A stretch of 64,000 nt of DNA from Octopus sinensis (taxonomy: Eukaryota). Below, one piece after another: positions 1-11,399 of this stretch. The notes under the pieces are model-generated. The model was not told the origin of the DNA, searched no databases, and saw nothing but the letters and a program-made list of their open reading frames with translations. Where the stretch lies: assembly GCF_006345805.1 (NCBI RefSeq), contig NW_021832224.1, forward strand, positions 1-64,000, written 5' to 3'. The translations under genes and the position numbers were made by a program. Positions within the stretch are counted from its first letter, which is position 1; each line of letters starts with the position of its first letter.

Positions 1-1920
1 CTAAAACCTTTTTATCTACTCTATTCTGGCGTTTTAAAATTTTCAGCAAGAGTTGCGTAATTATAAAGATCCCTACTCAGTTCTCCACGTGTGTGTTAAC
101 AATCGAGCTCATTTTTTCAGGGGATCAGTTTGAAATATTTCTGGATAATATGCGCTTTTTACAGCTCGTCTAAAACCTTTTTATCTACTCTATTCTGGCG
201 TTTTAAAATTTTCAGCAAGATTTGCGTAATTATAAAGATCCCTATTCAGTTCTCCACGTGTGTGATATCAATCGAGCTCATTATTTCAGGGGATCAGTTT
301 GAAATATTTCTGGATAATATGCGCTTTTTACAGCTCGTCTAAAACCTTTTTATCTACTCTATTCTGGCGTTTTAAAATTTTCAGCAAGATTTGCGTAATT
401 ATAAAGATCCCTATTCAGTTCTCCACGTGTGTGATATCAATCGAGCTTATTATTTCAGGGGATCAGTTTGAAATATTTCTGGATAATATGCGCTTTTTAC
501 AACTCGTCTAAAACCTTTTTATCTACTCTATTCTGTCGTTTTAAAATTTTCAGCAAGATTTGCGTAATTATAAAGATCCCTACTCAGTTCTCCACGTGTG
601 TGATATCAATCGAGCTCATTATTTCAGGGGATCAGTTTGAAATATTTCTGGATAATATGCGCTTTTTACAGCTCGTCTAAAACCTTTTTATCTACTCTAT
701 TCTGGCGTTTTAAAATTTTCAACAAGATTTGCGTAATTATAAAGATCCCTACTCAGTTCTTCACGTGTGTGATATCAATCGAGCTCATTTTTTCAGGGGA
801 TCAGTTTGAAATATTTCTGGATAATATGCGCTTTTTACAGCTCGTCTAAAACCTTTTTATCTACTCTATTCTGGCGTTTTAAAATTTTCAGCAAGATTTG
901 CGTAATTATAAAGATCCCTATTCAGTTCTCCACGTGTGTGATATCAATCGAGCTTATTATTTCAGGGGATCAGTTTGAAATATTACTGGATAATATGCGC
1001 TTTTTACAGCTCGTCTAAAACCTTTTTATCTACTCTATTCTGGCGTTTTAAAATTTTCAGCAAGATTTGCGTAATTATAAAGATCCCTACTCAGTTCTTC
1101 ACGTGTGTGATATCAATCGAGCTCATTTTTTCAGGGGATCAGTTTGAAATATTTCTGGATAATATGCGCTTTTTACAGCTCGTCTAAAACCTTTTTATCT
1201 ACTCTATTCTGGCGTTTTAAAATTTTCAGCAAGATTTGCGTAATTATAAAGATCCCTACTCAGTTCTTCACGTGTGTGATATCAATCGAGCTCATTTTTT
1301 CAGGGGATCAGTTTGAAATATTTCTGGATAATATGCGCTTTTTACAGCTCGTCTAAAACCTTTTTATCTACTCTATTCTGTCGTTTTAAAATTTTCAGCA
1401 AGATTTGCGTAATTATAAAGATCCCTACTCAGTTCTCCACGTGTGTGATATCAATCGAGCTCTTTTTCAGGGGATCAGTTTGAAATATTTCTGGATAATA
1501 TGCGCTTTTTACAGCTCGTCTAAAACCTTTTTATCTACTCTATTCTGGCGTTTTAAAATTTTCAGCAAGATTTGCGTAATTATAAAGATCCCTACTCAGT
1601 TCTCCACGTGTGTGATATCAATCGAGCTCATTATTTCAGGGGATCAGTTTGAAATATTTCTGGATAATATGCGCTTTTTACAGCTCGTCTAAAACCTTTT
1701 TATCTATTCTATTCTGGCGTTTTAAAATTTTCAACAAGATTTGCGTAATTATAAAGATCCCTACTCATTTCTCCACGTGTGTGATATCAATCGAGCTCAT
1801 TTTTTCAGGGGATCAGTTCTAAACCTTTGTCGACAATATTTACTTTTTAGACCTCGTCTAAAACCTTCTTACCCTCTCTAACCTTGCGTTTTAAAATTTT
1901 CAACAAGAGTTGCATAATTA
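1..1920. repeat. 169-bp tandem satellite array (about 11 full units plus a degenerate partial unit), running off the left edge
   Basis: The unit CTAAAACCTTTTTATCTACTC...TTTTTACAGCTCGT recurs at 1, 170, 339, 508, 677, 846, 1015, 1184, 1353, 1520 and 1689, and decays near 1810-1920. The repeated 70-aa ORFs in the track have the same 169-nt period. Confidence 0.97.
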
Positions 1921-1921
1921 T

Positions 1922-2270
1922 CGTCCTTCCGCTCCGACAGATTATCGTCTGATATCCTGTACAAGTTGATGACTAAGGTGGTGGCTACTGAGGTCAGAAA
2001 TTTCGTAAACGTGAATGGGATTCTGTCCGAGAACCAGTTAGGTATTCGGCGGGATTGCCAGGGAGCTAAGGAGCAGGCAATAATTTAATAATGCCTCGCG
2101 AAACCCCACGGACACTCAAGGGTAAAATATCAACTTAAAAGTCCTTCACAAGACTCTCTTTAGGAGCATGGACAACCCGCACATTGATGTATCGTCGTCA
2201 TCAACGTGGCTGAAATATGGGAATAACTCTCCCGATCTGGAGTGTTATCTACTGGAAGGGTTATCTACTT
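1922..2270 (+). mobile_element. R4-like (RLE-type) non-LTR retrotransposon remnant
   Basis: Frameshifted RT motif YR(L)I..LYKLMTKVVATEVRNFVNVNGILSENQLGIRRDCQGAKEQ, then LHKTLFR...SSTWLKYGNNSP, which is homologous to the 4.9-7.1 kb copy. Confidence 0.8.
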
Positions 2271-2276
2271 TAGGAA

Positions 2277-2610
2277 TCAAATAAGTGACCTCTGTACATA
2301 ACCACTCTGGAATCGTGTCTTGTGTAAACTGTTCGTTTGCTTGAAACATGCAATCATGAATTGGTTTGCAATTTTTATGAAGAAATTATACATTTCATCG
2401 ACCCCAGGTGTCTTCCAGTCAGAGAGACGGGGAACTGCTTCATCGAACTTGTTGCGGATGTCAGAGACACCACAAGACTCGATCATCATGGGAGGATCCT
2501 CGACACACCCCTGCGAGGACGTGCTTTCCACATACTCCCCCATGTGTCCCGGACACGCCTCAACTCGTTGAGGTCCCATTTGCCAGCTCGTTCTTGCCCT
2601 GGACATCTCA
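2277..2610 (-). mobile_element. R4-like non-LTR remnant (RT N-terminal region)
   Basis: LSDWKTPGVDEMYNFFIK matches the WKAPGxDGIxNFxxK motif that precedes the RT in R4/Dong-type elements. Confidence 0.7.
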
Positions 2611-2869
2611 TAAGTGACTAAAATTATTATTTATTCTAGTCCTAATTTTGTGAATGCATATTCTTTAAGATTGATTTAATTTATAAGATCATAAACTCAA
2701 TCAAACTAATTTGCATCGTTATTTAAATTGTGTGCTTTTTACACAATTTAGATGTGATTATCAGTTTGATTCATATTGTTGCGTACATGTAGCCTGCTCT
2801 GGGTATCCCCTGGATGAATATTCTATATTGCCTGCTTATCTAACAGTGAATTTAAAAAGCAAGATAAAT

Positions 2870-3785
2870 TTATTTAGTGAGGGCAAAAGCATTAATTCGA
2901 TCAACTAAGGATGATGGGAAATGACAAACCAGGGTAGTGGTCGATTGATTGGAGAGAATACAATTCAGCAATCTACGTGAATAAGTCTCAATCGTACATA
3001 TTGACATACTTGGCCCATAATCTCCAATGTGACATCGGGCACTGCTGCCTTCCACCAATCACTCTCCCGATCTTTACGACCTTCCCAGTCCTGTATTTCT
3101 ATTCTAGTCCATCGACTGGCAAGCCAAAGAAAGGACACTGCGACTGGAGAGAGTGAAATGGTGGATTACTTATATCAGCCTCCCATTCGAGGAGAAGGGG
3201 AGTGGTGAGACTGTCGTTTATAAAGTTCCACGCCATTTGCACAAGTTTGCCCAACTGAGGAGGCTCTCCCTTGATGATTTGCCCGAATTTGATAACGTGA
3301 GTGTAAGGATGCTCGACCTTGTAACAACACAGGCAGCAACTTGGAAGTCGAAATCGAGGGCCGTGAGGACGACTCTCTCCAAGCTGGTAATCTTTTCGCG
3401 GGGGTCTGACCCGAATGCAGTCATCAATTCGTATTTTTCTTTGTTTTTGCAGCAGGACTTGCAAGCCATCAACACGTCGTTAATTTTCTTGGGAGTTTCC
3501 TCTGCCTTCCCGGCCAGAAAGAGACAAGTAACGGCTGGGGTGTAGTTAGGGTGGGCAACCAGTGGAGTAGGGGTTGTAGTTCTGGAATGAGTGAATCATG
3601 TAAAAACGGTGGAAATACACAGCCCCCGTGGCAATGGTATAATAGGGAAGGCACAGTTTGTTCCCCACGCCTATCAAAAGTCGGACTCCCTTCGCCCGGT
3701 AGTGGCACTCGGTGGAATAGGGAATTCCGTCACCCGCAGAAGGAGTGTTCCTCAACGACTCACTCTCGAAATACCAGTTGGACAT
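2870..3785 (-). CDS. CCNK: Cyclin K (about 263 aa, 5 introns of 23-26 nt)
   Basis: Spliced translation gives MSNWYFESESLRNTPS...TIATGAVYFHRFYMIHSF...CLFLAGKAEETPKK...FGSDPREKITSLERVVL..LDFDFQ|VEHPY...LVQMAWNFINDSL, diagnostic of cyclin K. 916-124=792 nt, in frame. Confidence 0.93.
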
Positions 3786-3917
3786 GTCACAACGTGAGTA
3801 ATAATAATAACAACCAATTAATATTTTAACAAAATCACCACCCTAAGAAAAACTGTAAAAAATCGGCAAGGGAATCGGAAAGTCTGCGGGGAGGGACAGG
3901 CCTATCGGACTCCTAGG

Positions 3918-4293
3918 ATGGCCAATAAATATAAGAACAAGGTTGAGTCGGTCGAAGGGGAGTCTGCGTGGGACGGGAGGGTGTTCGAGGACGGAGACTG
4001 GGGCATTCAGCATTTCCTACAAGTGGAGGACACACACCAACAGCATCAGTGCACTCCTTCACCCCCACCATCACCTTCAAATGGGCAAAGTGGATTATTT
4101 GTCCGTGCAGGGCCAACGCTCGGCAAGTGTTCGTCTCCTCGTGGTACTTGATGTGGAACCAGTTCGACCCCGCCACAGTCTCACAACTTATGAGGGGGCA
4201 CAACCACGTGTTTGGAAATTAGTCCCACTTTCGAAAAGTACTCGTACACGTCCGACGCCGAAGAGGGCACAAACCTTCCTTTATTTATCATAA
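3918..4293 (+). CDS. Small unidentified protein gene, divergent from CCNK (model uncertain)
   Basis: ATG lies 132 bp from the CCNK ATG; the DNA is GC-rich and exon-like with 21-nt GT..AG candidates. No confident homology; the frame is ambiguous. Confidence 0.4.
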
Positions 4294-4655
4294 AACAACC
4301 CGAACACAGTCAACCACTGTTCCGTGAACTGCGTGTTCGAGCTGCTAAGGATCACCCCGTCTCCATACTTTAGATGCAGGGGACGGGCACTCCGCACTGA
4401 GCTCCCTGTCCGGTTCAGGTACAACGTTGACGAGTTCTGGCACCCACCACCCATTTTCCCGGGTCTTATTTCAATGTTTTCCGGCATTGGAGACTTGGGT
4501 AGAGAATACTTGTCAAGGGACGAGCTGTCCATTGCCAAAACTCGCTTCGTGTCACTCGGAGTGGGTCTCTAAATTGGACAAGTTAAATTGACCTGTTTCT
4601 GTGTAAAAAGATATGATTTGTGAGCTTTTGGTTGCCCAATCATATAATTGTTTGT
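4281..4655 (-). CDS. Small unidentified protein gene (ends approximate)
   Basis: Exon-like ORF 4281-4538 with 24-nt GT..AG intron candidates (gtcaatttaacttgtccaatttag; gtatggagacggggtgatccttag). Family not recognised. Confidence 0.4.
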
Positions 4656-4849
4656 ACACATAACAAAACAAATTTTTTATTCTCAAGTTTTGGATTTTTT
4701 AATCCAAACTACATTTATTTAACAAATCCAAATTAGTAAATTCATTAAGTGGAAAAAATACCTTATCATGAGAATTTTGGTTCCAACTTTCTTCTCTTTG
4801 CTATCGATCCGCCTCCCTCCGCCAGATTAATGTGCCGGAATACAGCGTC

Positions 4850-7100
4850 TGTATCCTTGACAGGTTCCTTTGGTGTCGTGGTGGGTTTTTCCTATATTTA
4901 GTCGTTCATTGATCGCATGCTTCGCCGAGGCAAAAGTTTGTACTCCGGACGCATGCTCTCCAGTGTTTTTTGGATTACGATTGTCTGGACATATGCACGC
5001 GTTGAGTCATGCACTTGTAAGGAGTTCTTGTAGTGTTTATAGAATCTGGATATTACTCCATCCCACGTAATCACCAACGATACGACATTCACCTTTGCAT
5101 TACCTACAATTCGTTTGCCAAAAGGTCATATTTATGTAATTTCTCAACTTCCACATGGTTCAAGGATTGTTGACAAGTAATCCCAATTTCGATCAGCGTA
5201 ATAATGTTCCGAACTTTGTGGTAGAATGTCCGGTTTATTATTATTGACTATAGTATCCGTCTTGGTCGTCATGTCCACACGTATTTCGACCACCTCATTA
5301 GAGACAGTCGACTGAACGGAGTGAGTCTTTAACTTCCGAGACTGTTTTATCCCATATTTTCGGCAGATGTGCAGGTGTTTTACAACCTTATTGTGGCGAC
5401 GCAGGTAATCACTGTTCAACATTCTGCCACATCTTGTAGCAAGATGATCCACAGTCTTTTTGGCGGCGTTGGAATGGTTGCAACAACTACCACCGTTGTC
5501 AAAGAATAAGTTGCGGTCCTGAACCATGCACAGCATTCCCTCCGACCTTGGAGAGTTATTCCCATGAGATGACCACCAGGACGATTTCCGGAGTTGCAGA
5601 TTGGTACTTTCTGCATAGGAATTCCTTGATAGTGGCCATATGAGTTTTCTTGAATCTAAGGGCCTCCAGGATTCCCTCTCTCCTCAGACAATAGAAAGCC
5701 TTCATCTCGAAGTCCTTGAAGAATTCAAGAAGCATTCGCTCGCTTTTATGCACAACAGAAACCGATCCTCTTCCTAGTCGGTCTCTTGAAAGATAGAGTC
5801 TATGTTTGTTTCCAGGTTTCATGTTTATTTGGTGGCGTATCAAAATCTTGCGCACATTCTTGTCGATATTCTCAAATTCGCATGGTTCGATATCAATGAG
5901 CCCGATGTAGTAATTAAGTCATTGGCAGCCTTTAAAAAATTTGCAGAATTTAGCTTCGAGTCTGCCAGGCTATTAATTCTCTCCTCGATTGCATCCGATT
6001 TTGAGTTCATCGTGTCATTCTTCAGAACTAGGCTATCTTTGTCTTCCAATACTCCAAGGTAACGACAACCATCAATCCCGTCAACCAGCTTAGCTTTGCC
6101 ACTCAACCCTTCAAGATTATTTGCAGACTTTTCAGCGTTTTGCTCCAATCCGGCAGTTCGAAAGAATTGATCAACCTTGGCCATCATCCTCATTACTTGT
6201 CTTCCTTCCGAGCAAACAATTTTAGGTCGTCCATGAACAACAAGTGGTTCGTTGAGTATACCCGAGGACTATTACCAAACTTGTCCACTAGCACATTTGA
6301 GAATTTCGCATTCAATATTCTACTTAGGAGGTCCAGGACAAAACAAAGATTTGCGGCGATGAAGAATCACCCTGCAAGATCCCTCTCTCCATTCTCACTT
6401 CACCAATCTCTTTTTGATTAAATCTTAGCTTGATCTTCCATTTCGTGACAATTCCATCGATAAAATCCACAGTCCAGTGGGGGAGGCCGGAGTTATCGAG
6501 GACTTACAGAAACTCGTGGTCGGAGAGTCAAAAGCCTTCTTTACATCAACCCAGGCAGAAGGCAAATTATTCCCATTTTGTTGATGGACACATTGGTTGA
6601 GCAAAACTGCTCTTTGGTTCCTTGGGACATTCTTCTCGTCCCCAATTGATTGTCGCTGATCAAATTGTATGCTTCAATGTAGTCCGTCAATTTTCTGTTC
6701 ACACATTTTGTTACAAGTTTATATAGATTTGACATGCAAGTAATCGGCCTCAGGTCCTTGGGTGAGTCACAAATTTCTTTTTTGAAATAAGATGGGTAAT
6801 CCCTGTGTAGAACCACTCATCAGGTGTGTACTTTCCATATATGATATCCGCGACGTTCTTACAGAGGTCATCATGGACCGCAGTAAACTTTTTCAAGAAA
6901 AAATTGTATATGCCATCGCATCCACAGGCACTCCAATTTGAAGCTGGTTAATGATCTCAATAATTGTGTCTTCCAAAATCAGCAATTGTGTCCTCGGCAC
7001 CAGTTACCTGATTATCCAATAAAACCGAGTCCCACTCGGGCTCATGTTTTACCCAAACACTTTCCTGGTCAGCGTCTGTAAATCGCGTGGAATAATATTT
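4850..7100 (-). mobile_element. Degraded R4/Dong-like RLE non-LTR retrotransposon (RT, zinc-knuckle region, PD-D/E endonuclease)
   Basis: RT: DLRPITCMSNLYKLVTK...NQLGTRR; post-RT RLYLSRDRLGRG; DHLATRCGRM..YLRRHN; NKPDIL; VITWDG. Multiple frameshifts and stops. Confidence 0.9.
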
Positions 7101-7224
7101 ATTTTAATACAAGTTATGTGCCAGTTTACAGAGGTAAAAGTCTGATCATAGAGGAGACTTCTGAGAATTCAAGTGAGTGTTTCCAAATCAGACTTTCTGT
7201 ATGTCCAACTCTAATAGTCTAAAG

Positions 7225-8175
7225 CAGGTGTTCTCAACCGGGGGCGAATCGCCCCCCTAGGGGCGATAATTTTGTACAAGGGGGCGATTTTAAAATAGCA
7301 CGCTGTTTTTACATTCTTGTTTGGTATCTAAGATGTTTTCTCGCTCAAATAAGAAAAGTCGTCATTATCAAAACGAATATTTAAAATATGGGTTTATTCA
7401 AAGTACTGAAGATACAAAACAGCCTTATTGTCTTATTTGTCAATGTTCTTTCTCAAATGAGGCGATGAAGCCATCACGATTACAGGATCATCTAAAACGC
7501 AAGCACCCGGATAAATCAAATCGTTATTCACAAAGCCAGTACATGATGGTTATTTAACATTTATTTATATGTAGTTGTGGGTGCGCACATCGCTTCTTAT
7601 AAAATTGCTGAAATTATTGCGAAAACTTCAAGTTCTCATACTATCGCAGAAAATGCAATAATTCCATCACTGGAAGTAATAATATCGGATGTAATGCATC
7701 AAGATGCTTCTAAAATTATTAAAAGTCTACCTCTTAGCAATGATTCGATTATTATTATTTAAGCCAAACAAAATCACCGTCTTAACCATTAACTAACAAG
7801 TTCAGGTGATTCGTCGAAGAATTGATGAAATGGGTGACAATGTAAAGGAAATCCTTATTGAAAGACTGAAGCGAAGTAAGTTTTCATTACAAATTGATGA
7901 AAGCGTCATTGTAGATAGTAAAGCTGGTTTAATGGGATTTAAACCCGACATAGAATACTTAGCGAGTAAACATCAATATCAAGGGTCTCACTAATAATTT
8001 TTAATAAAAATTCAATTTTTTACATTTGATTTATTATTTTATATTTTGATTTTTGAGTTATATACAAAAAACAACCAATTAAGGGACAATGCCAAAAATT
8101 TTTAAATTGTATGTGGACAAGGGGGCGATAAAATATCTAAGGGGGCGATGAACAAAAAAAGGTTGAGAATGCCTG
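7225..8175 (+). mobile_element. Non-autonomous hAT (Buster-type) element, internally deleted
   Basis: TIRs CAGGTGTTCTCAACC / GGTTGAGAATGCCTG; 8-bp TSD GTCTAAAG at 7217-7224 and 8176-8183 (nnnTAnnn). Carries a BED finger (YLKYGF..CLIC..MKPSRL..HL..KH), an LSND..RRIDEM segment and the Buster C-terminus (QYQGSH). Confidence 0.95.
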
Positions 8176-8343
8176 GTCTAAAGAAACTTTACAGAAGATT
8201 ACGCATCTCCTCCTTTCATCCTCATTTTAATTACAGTTCTAAATTTTGTTTTAAAATTACGAATTGTCTAATATTTTCTCTAATATTGTTTTAAAAAAAC
8301 TATAATTTTCTACACGTGCTTTATTTTCCTTGTTGTTACTGCA

Positions 8344-8752
8344 ATGGTGGGTGCTGAGAAAATAAAAAAGACGATTACTCCTGCATGTAGAGATTACACA
8401 GTCCATCTCCACCGACATTTATTCGGAAAGTAAGCTACGTGTGATGTAATCCCCAGGAAACTCCGCTCACGAGCTCCATTGGCCATAAAAGTCATCAAAA
8501 AATTTGCAGAGAAGTCGATGGGTGTAAAAAACGTGAAGATCGACAACGAATTGAATGTATTTCTGTGGAATCGAGGAATCAAAAACGTTCCACGAAGAAT
8601 AAGAATTCGATTGGACAGGAAACGTCAGGAGGACTCTGACAACTGGGTTGTGTCCGCGTCCTATGTCCCTGTCGAGACCTTCAAGGGTTGGCCTTTTTGA
8701 TATTCTAGGGCTCAAAACTGTCAATGTGGACGATGGGTCGCCTGATTCATAA
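8344..8752 (+). CDS. RPL31: 60S ribosomal protein L31 (119 aa; 27- and 22-nt introns)
   Basis: Spliced: RDYTVHLHRHLFG|KKLRSRAPLAIKVIKKFA...IDNELNVFLWNRGIKNVPRRIRIRLDRKR...YVPVETFKGLKTVNVDD. Confidence 0.95.
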
Positions 8753-9039
8753 CTGGATGTCTTTATTTCCTAATTGTTTCAATTTTGTTGCATTTATTTC
8801 CACATATTGGTTTAGTACGTCGAGGGAGGTGTCTTACTATTTGTGATCTAATTCTCCTGAAGTTAATTACGATTGTACTTTGCCATGTGATCCAGCATAC
8901 ACCCAGTTGGTCTTTTTCACCCTCGACTGTTTTGTACAAGATTTTTCAATTATTTGGAATGGGCGTGTGTTTTATTGAGTAGTAACTTGTTCTCAATGCA
9001 AAATAAATAATTTATTAGTTAGCACTCGTTAATTTGTTA

Positions 9040-10607
9040 TTAAATAAAGGGCAGTGTAGTACGAAAATGGTTGTTGCAGTCAGTCGTGGCGTCGTCATCT
9101 GATGTTAACCCTTTCGAGACTCCGAATGCGATCAAAGTTGGGTCGGAGTAATTAAATGACTGATTAAAATCCGATATTTGGTCACTGTTGGTGGACTCGG
9201 TCACCACATCGTGATAGTCAGGCACTCCCGACAAGACTAAATTATTGGTTTAACAGAATACTGGGCACGCAGAACAGTAAATTGCCGGGTTTAATTCGAG
9301 CTTCTTTGACTGTCCCACTTTTGGGAAGCTGCACTCCATTGAAGACAAGTCTATTTCTGGTGGACGAGATTTCGCCCGCGGAGGACATTCTCAATTTCAG
9401 TTTATGGGCAATCAGACAGAGCGGCATGGACGTGTCGAGTGCTGGTATTAGTCGACGGACATTGCAGCGAGTGCGGACGTACACGTGCAGCATATCACTG
9501 CTATCCGGGGGGGCCCTGCTATGTAGTCTCAGGGTCGGGTCCTCCCCCAACTCTTCAATTCGCAGAAAAAGGAGAATGGAGTCGGGGAGTGTCTTCAAAT
9601 CGCCCTAATCAGTAGTCGTGGCAAAACACCCATTGCGAGTTCATGACAAGTCTGCCCTGAGGCGTGTAGAGACAGCACGTGCCCACCTCCGTGGCTATTT
9701 CGGCGACTGAAGGGACCGAACTCTGTTTGTATATGATGGCGTCGTCCGTTCCTACTATTTGGAAAGACTTGGCTGGTATCACACACAGTTTGAATATTCT
9801 TTCTTCATTTTCGAAAAAACCGAATTCACTGTGCGTGAGAGGAGGAGGTTACTAAAGTTGTCGGTCGTCGTCTTTGGAGGGGAACACTGTCTCGATTCCT
9901 TGCTGTCCGTCCAGTCTCGGCGTGGGAAACGTGGTGTGAACAATGTCGAAGGAGGCAGTGGAGACTTGTGGGCTTATTTCCCGCAGAGACAAGACGACGG
10001 CCGCCCTCAGTTCTCTAACAGTGTTGATGTCCGTCAGGTCGTCAATTCGGAAATTAATATTCCGGCAGTCTGGGAGATAGCTGCGTACCAAGAACTGAGT
10101 ATTATTTGTTAGAGGAGTGCCTTGAGTGAGCGACACGGGTCCCTGGTGGGCGCAAATGAGCAATTGATTTCCCCTTTGGGAGTGGAGGACACTTGATTGA
10201 TTGCTGTTGCAGCAGAATCAATAACTCGGCAACTTCTTCCTCTGAGAATCACTCGTTCTAAAGTAGTTTAGTATGGGCAAAGATATTGGACTACGTAGCA
10301 ACAAACCGTCCATTCAAACTCTATTTAAATACCAACTAATCGATTCGGGAAATGTTACATTATATTTAATATTACTTGAATATTGTGGCCCGATTGTGAC
10401 TTGGGCCGCACAATTGTTGTAGTTCCGATTTATCAGTCTCACACTGTGGGGTTCCTTCTCCAAAACTGTGGCTTTCCCATTTACAATTTTCACATTTTGT
10501 GAGTTCCTCATTAATTGGACATAAAATCCTTTCTTAGATATCGAAGTATTGTCAATATTTTTTTCCAAAACAACCATTGGGACAAGCAGAAAACAGCAGG
10601 CAGTCAA
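9040..10607 (-). CDS. Multi-exon protein with ubiquitin-like domain(s) and an uncharacterised N-/C-terminal domain (ends approximate)
   Basis: A Ubl fold is evident in LHVYVRTRCNVRRLI...NRLVFNGVQLPKSGTVKEARIKPGNLLFCV. A second Ubl-like exon reads FLVRSYLPDCRNINFRIDDLTDINTVRELR. Exons are linked by 23-30-nt GT..AG candidates. Confidence 0.6.
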
Positions 10608-11399
10608 TTATACGATTAAATAATGATGAAAACGAGATTTTAACGTCATTTATCATACGATTGCACATGTATACGTAGGTCTATTAATATGTGGTTAGTT
10701 CATTCCAAGTTATCAAATCAGCCCACTTTATCTAACTTTCCGGTGGCAATTGCCTTGATTTTTCCATTCATTGCTTGACCTTAGTGACGTTGGGCATATG
10801 ATGTAAATTTGTTAAAGTTGAAACCCCAATAGACTTAAAGTGCGCTGCAAGCCGCTTTTATTGTAACATAATTAAAACCCACTCCGTCCTACAGCTGAAA
10901 ACAACTTTTTATTTTTTGTTCGCATTTTAGCCCAATTACTAAATTACTGAAATAAACATTAAATTGACTGATCGATCTACGCAAGTAATACAAATTGATT
11001 TCGAATTTGATTTTCATGTTTATTTATCTATAATCCGTTTTTATCTGCTCCTTACAGGCTCCTTCCCGCCGTAAGACTTGGCACTTGGGATTAGTATTTT
11101 TATCCTAATAGTGTTTTTTGTTAAAGCGTCATTTAAAATTCTAACAATCGTCATTTCTTGTTACAGTGCTTTTAATATTTTCCTTGATTTAATCATTATT
11201 TTGAGAGTACTCAAAATGAACACTTTATAAAGTATTGAATTTATGATTTAACTTCCATTTGATCGATCGCTAATACCACAGATATTTTCCCTTATCTAAA
11301 TCATTTCCCTATCTTTTACTAGAAATAAATATTTGAAATATTAAGCCACAAAAACGATTACTATTGAACTAAATTTATTGCCATCGTTATAATCTTGAG

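Noticed and set aside
130-1692. Repeated 70-aa ORFs (MKYFWIICAF...)
   Set aside because: They start at TTG, overlap each other in rotating frames because 169 is not a multiple of 3, and simply reflect the satellite period.
1-1920. Satellite as a CRISPR array, SL-RNA array or 5S array
   Set aside because: There are no unique spacers. I found no 5S box A/C match and no convincing leader + GT donor + Sm-site layout on either strand (ATATTTCTGG is only vaguely Sm-like).
3918-4330. MRPL27 identity requiring a 15-nt intron (gtgtttggaaattag)
   Set aside because: GRRLG..VH..FKW and RKVLVHV loosely recall MRPL27, but the conserved LYAL..G.V.F core is missing and the exon phases are ambiguous. Too weak to claim a record-short intron.
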